NCBI GenBank assembly: GCA_037968595.1
Contig: JBBKVU010000421.1
Span: 1 to 42,409 of the forward strand
Source: Comamonas sp.
GTDB lineage: Bacteria; Pseudomonadota; Gammaproteobacteria; Burkholderiales; Burkholderiaceae_C
Length of the DNA: 42,409 bases
Reading direction: 5' to 3'
Numbering within the stretch: the stretch's first letter is position 1; each line of letters opens with the position of its first letter. Both the position numbers and the translations under genes were made by a program. Below are positions 25,965-32,956 of the stretch, one piece after another. The notes under the pieces were generated by a model. The model was not told the DNA's origin and did not search any database. It was given only the letters and a program-made list of their open reading frames with translations.

Positions 25965-26321
25965 TTACTTGCGCGCGCGGCGCACGCGGCCGGTGGGAGG
26001 CGTGCCGCCCTCTTGTGGCAGGCCGTCACCCAGGTCCACGGGATCGTCATCGTCAGGAGCGAGAGAGGAAGCTCCACCAGTGGGCGGCAGGCCGCGCGCG
26101 GAACGCTTGGCTTCGCGCTCGGCATTGCGCTTGATGAAGTCTTGCTCGGCCGCGAAGTCATCGGCGTTCATGAAGCCCAGGGCCTGCAGGTGGTCCTGGT
26201 GATCTTCATCTTCCACAAAGCAACCCAGCGGCTGGCCGCTGAACGTGTAGACCATGCCATCGGGGATCGTGACTTTCAGCGTGCCGTCTTTGCGTGCGGG
26301 CAATGCGGTAAACAATTCCAT
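25965..26321 (-). CDS. Hypothetical protein (118 aa)
   Basis: GGAGAAG RBS; acidic then basic tail; fits the operon. Confidence 0.65.
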   Translation of the reverse strand: MELFTALPARKDGTLKVTIPDGMVYTFSGQPLGCFVEDEDHQDHLQALGFMNADDFAAEQDFIKRNAEREAKRSARGLPPTGGASSLAPDDDDPVDLGDGLPQEGGTPPTGRVRRARK

Positions 26322-26338
26322 ATTCTTCTCCGTGTTTC

Positions 26339-26368
26339 AAAAAACCCCCGAGGGCAAGCCCGCGGGGG
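26339..26368 (-). terminator. Rho-independent terminator after the capsid and decoration genes
   Basis: CCCCCG-CGGGCTTGCCCT-CGGGGG followed by a T-run on the - strand. Confidence 0.75.
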
Positions 26369-26397
26369 ATAAGACCCTGCCGGGCCGCACACAAAAA

Positions 26398-26847
26398 TCA
26401 GGCGTTGGCGTAGACGAGGTCGACGGCGAACAAGCCCGCGGCGGTGCCCGCGGCCGTGATCTTCAGCACCAGGTTGCGGTCGACGTCCTTGGGCGCCACC
26501 TTGGCGAAAGCTGCCGGCACCACCAGGATGTAGCCGCCGGCCACGCCCGTGGTGTCATCGACCACCCATGCCGCGCCGCCATCGTCAGCAGCGGTGCTGA
26601 TGTCGCCGTCGGCTGCAGCCAGGCCAATGGAAGCCTTGAAGCCCGCGCCCAGCGCAGTGGGCACACGGATGTACAGATGCGCTGGCAGCGTGCCCGCAGG
26701 CAGAACACCGATCACGCCGCGGTTGCCAATCGTGTGGTCGACTACCGCCAAGGTCTGGCCGTAGCGCGCACGCACCAGCTCGGGACCGCCAGGTGTGAGG
26801 GGGTTCTGATGACCAGCGGCCACAGCGCTTTTTTGTTTGAAAGCCAT
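26398..26847 (-). CDS. Probable capsid decoration/cement protein
   Basis: AAGGAG RBS, directly after the MCP, IGVLPAG beta-rich pattern. Confidence 0.65.
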   Translation of the reverse strand: MAFKQKSAVAAGHQNPLTPGGPELVRARYGQTLAVVDHTIGNRGVIGVLPAGTLPAHLYIRVPTALGAGFKASIGLAAADGDISTAADDGGAAWVVDDTTGVAGGYILVVPAAFAKVAPKDVDRNLVLKITAAGTAAGLFAVDLVYANA

Positions 26848-26881
26848 GTCTGACTCCTTTTAAGGTTGGGATGGCCGCGGC

Positions 26882-27997
26882 TCAGCGGGGGGCTGCTGCC
26901 GTGTCGACTGCGTAGACGCCCTGGTCGTGCGTCACGCCGCCCCAGTTGTAGGTGGACTTCTTCACGCCAAAGATCGAGGACGTGGTGATGACCACCTGGT
27001 TACCGTTGTCGCGGGTTTCCTCGTGCCAGCCGTAGCGCATGCCGGTACCGGGCGAGCCGAAGGCGATCACGCCCGCTTGCGCACCCATGAACAGCGCGCG
27101 CGCCGTGGCCACGTTCTGACCCGCGCCGTGGTCGTTGTGGCGAATCACGTTCTTGTGGCTGTGCAGAATCACGCCGCGGTGCATGCCCAGGGCCTGCTTG
27201 AACAGCGGAGACTTCAGGCCTGCGGCGCCGGCCGCGGCCTTTTGCAGATCCACCCAGTCGTTTGGCGTGGTCGTGTTGCGCAGATCGTCTTCTTGCCAGG
27301 TGTGCATCACCATCACGAAGACTTCTTCGCCATCCACGATGCAAGGCTTCATGACTGGGATGTTCGTCGCACCACCGCCCTGGGTATCGGCCCGGGTCTT
27401 GGCCGCGCCCACCACGGCCAGCGAAAACTTGTCGGTCGCGTCGATGTTGGACACGGCCGTGGCGTCGCCGCCGAAGAAATGGTGGTTCACCGTCGGCGCG
27501 GTCAGCGGATTGCCAGCGCGGCCGGTGTAGCCGAGAGGAAGCAGGAAGTTCTCGTTGATGCCACGCGAGCCCGACAGGTAGGAAAAGTTGAGCTCGTCCT
27601 GGAAGCGGCCCCACCATTCGCCCTGCTGGCGCTTGGCCAGCATGCGCAGGTCATGCAGCGTGCGCTTGCGCGACATACGGCCGCCGGTGTTCACGCCGCC
27701 GCGCGCTTGGTCGATATACAGCTGGTCGGTGAAGAAGCGTTGCGCCTCTTCCTTGCCTTCCAGCGTGTCATCGCCTTCGACAGGCGCCATGGTCAGCTCG
27801 GCCAACAGGTCGTAGCTGATCAGGTCGCCCGCTTCGGACTCGAGATCCGTCAGCGTCTGAATGGGGGTCTTGGCGCCATTGCCGACAGCCGTGAATTTAC
27901 GGCCGAAGTAGGACTGCTGAGACACGTCGAGAGTCAGTTCGCCAGAAAAGCGCTTGACTGCACGGGGGCTGTTCACGCCCACAACGGTTTTGGCCAT
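26882..27997 (-). CDS. Major capsid protein, N4-gp56 (DUF4043) family
   Basis: DLESEAGDLISYDL, LEGKEE, IDQAR, MSRKRTLHDLR, RALFMGAQA, WHEETRDNGN. Confidence 0.9.
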   Translation of the reverse strand: MAKTVVGVNSPRAVKRFSGELTLDVSQQSYFGRKFTAVGNGAKTPIQTLTDLESEAGDLISYDLLAELTMAPVEGDDTLEGKEEAQRFFTDQLYIDQARGGVNTGGRMSRKRTLHDLRMLAKRQQGEWWGRFQDELNFSYLSGSRGINENFLLPLGYTGRAGNPLTAPTVNHHFFGGDATAVSNIDATDKFSLAVVGAAKTRADTQGGGATNIPVMKPCIVDGEEVFVMVMHTWQEDDLRNTTTPNDWVDLQKAAAGAAGLKSPLFKQALGMHRGVILHSHKNVIRHNDHGAGQNVATARALFMGAQAGVIAFGSPGTGMRYGWHEETRDNGNQVVITTSSIFGVKKSTYNWGGVTHDQGVYAVDTAAAPR

Positions 27998-28018
27998 GGA
28001 TTGCTCCTAGTGAGGTAG

Positions 28019-28043
28019 CGAGCACTCCAGCGCCCCGGTTAAA
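28019..28043 (-). promoter_or_regulatory. 5'-UTR element with GGA-loop hairpin (copy 1, capsid leader)
   Basis: TTTAACCGGGGCGCTGGAGTGCTCG upstream of the AGGAG RBS. Confidence 0.65.
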
Positions 28044-28057
28044 AAATCAATCAGCCT

Positions 28058-28261
28058 TTACGATGGCAGGCTTGGTACGGGCCGGGCTGTTGCCGGGATC
28101 TTCTTGACGATGGTGTCGGGCGCAGCCGCGATCGACATGCGAGCGGCTTGACCTTTCTTGTATTCCATCTGGATGCGGACCCCGCCGACCTCCAGGACAT
28201 CCCCTGTGCGCAGCTCCATGTGGATGCGACGCACCGATGGTGATGTGGTTGCAGCAGGCAT
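28058..28261 (-). CDS. Small CsrA/RsmA-like protein (67 aa)
   Basis: RIHMELRTGDVLEVGGVRIQMEYKKGQAARMSIAAAPDTIVKK aligns by eye with the CsrA beta-strand pattern; TGATG coupling to the scaffold gene. Confidence 0.55.
   Translation of the reverse strand: MPAATTSPSVRRIHMELRTGDVLEVGGVRIQMEYKKGQAARMSIAAAPDTIVKKIPATARPVPSLPS
28060..28079 (-). promoter_or_regulatory. Late-promoter-like motif upstream of the MCP
   Basis: CGTACCAAGCCTGCCATCGT, inside the 3' end of the CsrA-like ORF. Confidence 0.75.
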
Positions 28262-29250
28262 CAGGCGGACATCAGGTAGTTGGTGCGCTTCTCGGGCGGG
28301 AGCGCGGCCAGCGCGCGCTCGTAAGCCGCGCCCGTGAGTCGATCCAGTTCGGCAAACTCGCTGCTTGCCGGGTCCGCGTCGCCCGCGCCGCCCGGCACGT
28401 CGGCCAGGTTCTGCACCACTTCGGTCACGTCTGGCTTGCGCTTGATGTCGGCCGGCTTCTTGGTAGTGGGGACACCATGAAGCGCCACGACACGCTTGTG
28501 CGCTTCTTCCAGGAACCAGCGGCTTGACTTGTTCTCGTTGCCCGGAGCTTTGGCGAGCACCTTCACGAACGCATCCAGGTCGGCCTGCTTGGCCGCGTCG
28601 CTCTTGTAGTCGACGATGCCCAGTTCGGCCTTGGTGCCCGCGTCAGCCACAAAGGTGTTGATGGCGGCGATCCAGTTGTCGCTGTCGGCCTGCTGGCGCA
28701 TCTCGGCGGAGATACGCGCGCGGGCACGCAGTTCGAGCAATTCTTCGCGCTTGTCCTGCAGCTGGTCCAGCGCAGCATCGTGCTCGGCCTGGTCAAGCTC
28801 GCCGTCGTTGAGCTTCTGGCGAAGTTCGCTGACCGAAGACTTATTCGCCTTCAGCTGGTCATCGAAGTCCGCGGGAAGCTCGACCTTGTAGCCCGTGGGC
28901 TGGCGCTGCTCGGGGCCAGGGGCGGGAGCATCGGCCGGCTTACCGGCTGGATCATCCCCACCAGCTTCACCAGCGGCCGCGTCAGCTGGGGCTGCAGGCG
29001 CTGCGGCGGGAGCAGCTGTGCTCGGCTTCTCCGGCGTTGCTGTGTCCGCAGGCTTGCCTGCCGGCGCCGCGCCGCCGTCGGCCGGGTCGTCCTCATCCTC
29101 CGCGTCCAGGTTGCCACGGCCGATCTCGGCCAGCGCCGCGGCGTTGTCCTCGGCGGGGTCATAGTCGTCTTCGGCCAGGGCCAGAAGTTCTTCAGGGCTC
29201 AGCAGGCGCTGGCGGTCTTCATCGGAAACGTTCATTTGTGCACCCGTCAT
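28261..29250 (-). CDS. Capsid scaffolding protein
   Basis: Acidic, A/P-rich N-terminus, coiled coil, position before the MCP; start could be 29235. Confidence 0.75.
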   Translation of the reverse strand: MTGAQMNVSDEDRQRLLSPEELLALAEDDYDPAEDNAAALAEIGRGNLDAEDEDDPADGGAAPAGKPADTATPEKPSTAAPAAAPAAPADAAAGEAGGDDPAGKPADAPAPGPEQRQPTGYKVELPADFDDQLKANKSSVSELRQKLNDGELDQAEHDAALDQLQDKREELLELRARARISAEMRQQADSDNWIAAINTFVADAGTKAELGIVDYKSDAAKQADLDAFVKVLAKAPGNENKSSRWFLEEAHKRVVALHGVPTTKKPADIKRKPDVTEVVQNLADVPGGAGDADPASSEFAELDRLTGAAYERALAALPPEKRTNYLMSA

Positions 29251-29266
29251 AGTTATTGATCAGGGA

Positions 29267-29286
29267 ATGCTTGCAGGCTTGGTACG
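29267..29286 (-). promoter_or_regulatory. Late-promoter-like motif upstream of the scaffold gene
   Basis: CGTACCAAGCCTGCAAGCAT. Confidence 0.7.
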
Positions 29287-29311
29287 GCGCCGCGCCCGCG
29301 ATGCGCATTTG

Positions 29312-30097
29312 TCACTCGGTGGCCAGCTTGGAGCGCAGCTCGTAGCCCAGCAGGGGCCACACCTGCTCCACCGCGGCCGCGCGTGCCTCAACGCGCCCCT
29401 GTTCTGCGTCGTGGCGGGCTGGGTCAATGGCCCCATAGTTCACGCCAACCAGCTTGGTGCCGTTGCGCAGTACAACGACGGCCAACGTCACACGTTCCAG
29501 TCCATCCACCAGGGGACAGCCTGCAAGAGCCTTGTCCAGGGTGAAGCTGTACTCGGCGGCAATGGTTGCCTCGATGTCGGCCGGGGTCACGCGGTTGGCC
29601 AGCGTTGTGGCGGCCACTGATGCGCTGCAATCACATGGCCCAGCGGGCATTGCGGGCTCGTTGTGGGTGGCACAGTCTGAATCATGCATTGGGCCGGATA
29701 CGTTTCGATCGGTCCCCGTCAATGCATCCAACGCCGCGCGCATCAGCTCGCCTTGACGCTTTCCATTGCCGCAACTCACTGCGTGCCCCACCATCACATT
29801 CACAGCGCCCAGCTCAAGCTGCTGGCGATGCGTCAGCGGCGGGGATAGGTTCATGGTCGTCCCCGCGATCGAGCCGCCGGCGCGGGCCAGCAGCAACGGC
29901 TTGAGCACGTCGACCACCTGGCCCAGCGCGGCAACGATCAGCACCGCCAGCATGCCAGTGCAGGCGATCACCAATCCGGCGAATGCGGCTGCGGTGCCGG
30001 CGCGCACCAGCTGATGGGTGGACAGCGTCAACAACGCGACGAACGCTACGGCCAGGGCCAGCAGTATCTGGCCGGGGAAAGGAAACAGGTTTTTCAT
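29312..30097 (-). CDS. Two-TM protein with a His/Cys motif and a C-terminal N4 Gp49/Sf6 gp66-family (Acb4-like sponge) domain
   Basis: RVTPADIE...VTLAVVVLRNG...AIDPARHDAEQG...VWPLLGYELR; HDSDCATHNEPAMPAGPCDC. Confidence 0.75.
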   Translation of the reverse strand: MKNLFPFPGQILLALAVAFVALLTLSTHQLVRAGTAAAFAGLVIACTGMLAVLIVAALGQVVDVLKPLLLARAGGSIAGTTMNLSPPLTHRQQLELGAVNVMVGHAVSCGNGKRQGELMRAALDALTGTDRNVSGPMHDSDCATHNEPAMPAGPCDCSASVAATTLANRVTPADIEATIAAEYSFTLDKALAGCPLVDGLERVTLAVVVLRNGTKLVGVNYGAIDPARHDAEQGRVEARAAAVEQVWPLLGYELRSKLATE

Positions 30098-30148
30098 GGA
30101 AGCTCCAGAGATTCAGTCCCGGCTGCCGGCCGGGGCGGGCCGGATGGC

Positions 30149-30844
30149 TTAGAAATTGGCGATGCGCTCGCCCAGGATCGAGGACAGCTCATGCATGACG
30201 TCGAGCTGGCGTTTCAGGCGCGCCTGTTCTTCGACTGGCAGGCTGGCGAATATCGGGTTGCGATCGATGAAGGGGTCAAGCGCGCTGATGCGCAGATCGA
30301 GCTCCATCTTTTCGTTCAGCACGTGCGGCTGGTCGCCGGGCACGGGCTGGCCCACGACGCCCCAGTCACCGGCAAGGCAGTCGTTGACGCTCGGCACCCA
30401 GGTGCTGACCGACTCGTCCACGTTCTTGATGGCGAGATAGGGGTTGTAGGGGACCATCGCGCCTTCGCCGAAGTGGGCCTTCGCCGCGCCGGTCTGCACC
30501 GGATAGCTGGCGGCCGGCACCAGGTAGACGAACAGCCCCTTGCCGTTCCAGCCAGTGCGCGCGATGCGCTGGCCGCCGCGCAGGGCAATCAGTGCTTGGC
30601 CGAACGTCATGCCCGCCGGTACCGGCTTGTAGCTGCGCTCGAACACGTCGGCAGGCGACCAGCTGATATAGCCGGCGTGGCGCGCATCGTTGGCCTTGCC
30701 GCCGTCCTGGTACTCGACCAGGTAGCCGGCATCTCCAGGGTTCTCGCCCACTGGGTTCTGCCAGCCGCGGTAGGCGTTGTAGTCGCCGCGGGTCATGGGC
30801 TGCGCGGTCAGGCGCTTAGTGCCTTCGTAGAGTTGAGCGGTCAC
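30149..30844 (-). CDS. Three-domain anti-defence fusion: SWSP domain, DUF2829 (Tad2-like), crAss001_48-like helical hairpin
   Basis: GYLVEY...YISWSPADVFERSY; MTFGQAL..LRGG.RIARTGWNGKG...WVPSVNDCLAGDW; EKMELDLRISALDPFI...LKRQLDVM..LSSILGERI. Confidence 0.8.
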   Translation of the reverse strand: MTAQLYEGTKRLTAQPMTRGDYNAYRGWQNPVGENPGDAGYLVEYQDGGKANDARHAGYISWSPADVFERSYKPVPAGMTFGQALIALRGGQRIARTGWNGKGLFVYLVPAASYPVQTGAAKAHFGEGAMVPYNPYLAIKNVDESVSTWVPSVNDCLAGDWGVVGQPVPGDQPHVLNEKMELDLRISALDPFIDRNPIFASLPVEEQARLKRQLDVMHELSSILGERIANF

Positions 30845-31335
30845 TGGGTTTCCTTCGTTGTGGTGGGGATCACTGGCCAGGCTTCGCTGAGGGTTCGGAC
30901 ATCAGCTGCGTGCCCATCAGCTTTTTTGACCATCCCTGCATACGCTGCTCGGCAGTCGTCGAATACGGCGTTTCCGGTAAGGGCGTAGTCAAGGACGGCC
31001 GCGGGGGGAGCGTCGGCAAGTCGGCGGGCGGCATCTGCGGCGATTGCGCGCAGGCCGTCAGAAACAACATGCAGGCGGTCAAGCTCAGTGCGCAGCAGCG
31101 CCTCACGTGTACGGGCAGCATTCAGGGCTCCTTGGTATGTGGTGTTGACGGCTTGCTCGGCGGTGCGCACGCGCGCATCGGCCGCGCGCTGGGCCTGGCT
31201 GACATCGAGCTGGTAGGTGGTGGAGTCCAGCTTGGCATCGGCCAGCTCGGCGCCGTGCCGCGCATCCTGGAAGACCCACACCAGCGCGGCCGCGGCGACG
31301 GCGGAGATCAGGTGGGTGATGGCGCGCGCGCTCAC
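30841..31335 (-). CDS. Inner-membrane spanin (Rz-like)
   Basis: N-terminal TM, coiled coil, GTGA start overlap, hosts an embedded lipoprotein ORF. Confidence 0.75.
   Translation of the reverse strand: MSARAITHLISAVAAAALVWVFQDARHGAELADAKLDSTTYQLDVSQAQRAADARVRTAEQAVNTTYQGALNAARTREALLRTELDRLHVVSDGLRAIAADAARRLADAPPAAVLDYALTGNAVFDDCRAAYAGMVKKADGHAADVRTLSEAWPVIPTTTKETQ
30870..31121 (-). CDS. Outer-membrane spanin (Rz1-like), embedded in Rz
   Basis: Lipobox LTAC followed by a Pro-rich segment, in another frame within Rz. Confidence 0.7.
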   Translation of the reverse strand: MLPVHVRRCCALSLTACMLFLTACAQSPQMPPADLPTLPPRPSLTTPLPETPYSTTAEQRMQGWSKKLMGTQLMSEPSAKPGQ

Positions 31336-31607
31336 GGCATGGCCTCGCATTCCTTGCTGTCGCGGTAGCCGTTGCGGGATGACGCGAAGCAGGCGCGGCG
31401 CTCAGCGGCAGGAATGGCGCCCTCTCGGCCGCAGCGCTTCAGCACCGCGCCGGCGTCGACATACCAGCCTGGCGCGAGGTCGGCCTCGTCCGAAGCGATC
31501 TGCAGCAGATCGCACGCCTGGTGTGCCGTGCCAAAGGGAACCACCGTGCACGCTGAAAGCGCCGCCGCGGCGACAAGAATCAGGGGCGTGACAAGAAGGG
31601 AATTCAT
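31332..31607 (-). CDS. Small lipoprotein (91 aa)
   Basis: Signal peptide with LSAC lipobox and four further Cys. Confidence 0.65.
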   Translation of the reverse strand: MNSLLVTPLILVAAAALSACTVVPFGTAHQACDLLQIASDEADLAPGWYVDAGAVLKRCGREGAIPAAERRACFASSRNGYRDSKECEAMP

Positions 31608-31984
31608 GCTTTCACCATCCTTCGCTTGAACTCGCGCATCAGCTGCTCGGAGATGCGCTCAATGGAATAGGCTTCGAACTCCCGCGACGGCGCGCTCTCG
31701 CCGATGCTGTCGCACAGGCGCTGGAAGATGTGCACCGACTCATGCACAAGCGTCACGGCCACTTCGATGGGGTCAGAAGTCACCGCGTCCGGGCTGAGGC
31801 AAACCACGCAGGTCAACATCCCATCGGTTTCCCAGGTGTGAACCACTGCCTTCTGGCGCGTCTCGTCCAGCCATTGGCCTGGGTCGCGGAAGTTGCAATG
31901 CTTTGCCACACGAAGGAACTCCTTCTGCGACAAGCAAAGCGTGAGGTGAGGCGCACGAACGGTGCCGCGATCGAGCCATTTCAT
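31604..31984 (-). CDS. Hypothetical protein with HExxH motif (126 aa)
   Basis: LVHESVH...REFEAYSIE; ATGA coupling at both ends. Confidence 0.65.
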   Translation of the reverse strand: MKWLDRGTVRAPHLTLCLSQKEFLRVAKHCNFRDPGQWLDETRQKAVVHTWETDGMLTCVVCLSPDAVTSDPIEVAVTLVHESVHIFQRLCDSIGESAPSREFEAYSIERISEQLMREFKRRMVKA

Positions 31985-32652
31985 GGTGTTGCTCCATCCA
32001 TCCGCCACTTGCGGCAAATCTCGTCATTGGCATCGCCGCGCGCCTGCAGGCCTGGCAGCACCTGCAGCACGCCGTTCACCGTGCCCTTATTCCAGCGTGG
32101 GTTCTCGCGGCACGCGCCCACCAGGTCGCCGGCGTTGGCCTTGCGCCGCATGGTGCTGGTGGTGAACGCGCCCTCCCCTTTGTTGTGCAGCCAGTCGATG
32201 AACTGGCCTTGCACGAACGGGTCATAGCTGGCCCAGCGCGCCAGCAGGCGCTGCGCCGCGCGCTCGGCGGTGAGATAGCGCGCCTTCTCGAGCTGGTAGC
32301 AGTTGGCCGGCCCGTACCACCGCCCGGCCGCGACGCCCTCGCCGGTGATGCCGTTGCACACAGTGAGGGGCTGCCCGCGACCCAGCTTGTCGACATAGGG
32401 CGTGCCGATGTGCTTGCCGCTGGATTCGTAGAAGCTGCCCAGCACCATGGCCACCTTGACCGCCTGGCTGGTGGTCGTGTCGGCCGCGACTGCGCGCAAG
32501 TACTCGTCGGCCAGCGCCTGCTGCAGCTCGGCTTCCTTCACCTGCAGCGCCTGGTCCTGGACCAAGACCGCGCCGCCGCCGCTGGCGAGCAGCACCAGCG
32601 CGACAAGGCGACCCGCCAACCAGGTGGGAACCTTGGAACGGATGTCAGCCAT
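31981..32652 (-). CDS. Endolysin, GH24 lysozyme, probably SAR-type
   Basis: N-terminal G/A-rich hydrophobic segment; YES...PYVD...TVCNGITG; LPGLQAR. Confidence 0.88.
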   Translation of the reverse strand: MADIRSKVPTWLAGRLVALVLLASGGGAVLVQDQALQVKEAELQQALADEYLRAVAADTTTSQAVKVAMVLGSFYESSGKHIGTPYVDKLGRGQPLTVCNGITGEGVAAGRWYGPANCYQLEKARYLTAERAAQRLLARWASYDPFVQGQFIDWLHNKGEGAFTTSTMRRKANAGDLVGACRENPRWNKGTVNGVLQVLPGLQARGDANDEICRKWRMDGATP

Positions 32653-32956
32653 CAATCGTCTCCAGCTTGCCCAGGTCGGTATCGCCTTCCGGGGTCAGCA
32701 GGGGCCTGCCAGTGGCGCGCATCAAGTCGATGCGCAACATGCGCTCCTTCATGCGCAGGTCGTGCTCCACCTGCATGCGCTTGTCGGCCTTGCGCCGGAA
32801 GTGCACGTTCACGATCACGCCCAGCAGCGCGATGAACAGCCCACCGACCCCCACCATGTTGGAAGAAATGAACGCGCCGATAGCGCCAATGGTGGCGCCA
32901 CCCACGGTAGTTCGGCTGCCCGCGGTAGCGATTGCTTCGATCGTTTCAATTTTCAT
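32645..32956 (-). CDS. Holin
   Basis: Small protein with hydrophobic segments and basic C-terminus directly before the endolysin. Confidence 0.75.
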   Translation of the reverse strand: MKIETIEAIATAGSRTTVGGATIGAIGAFISSNMVGVGGLFIALLGVIVNVHFRRKADKRMQVEHDLRMKERMLRIDLMRATGRPLLTPEGDTDLGKLETIDG

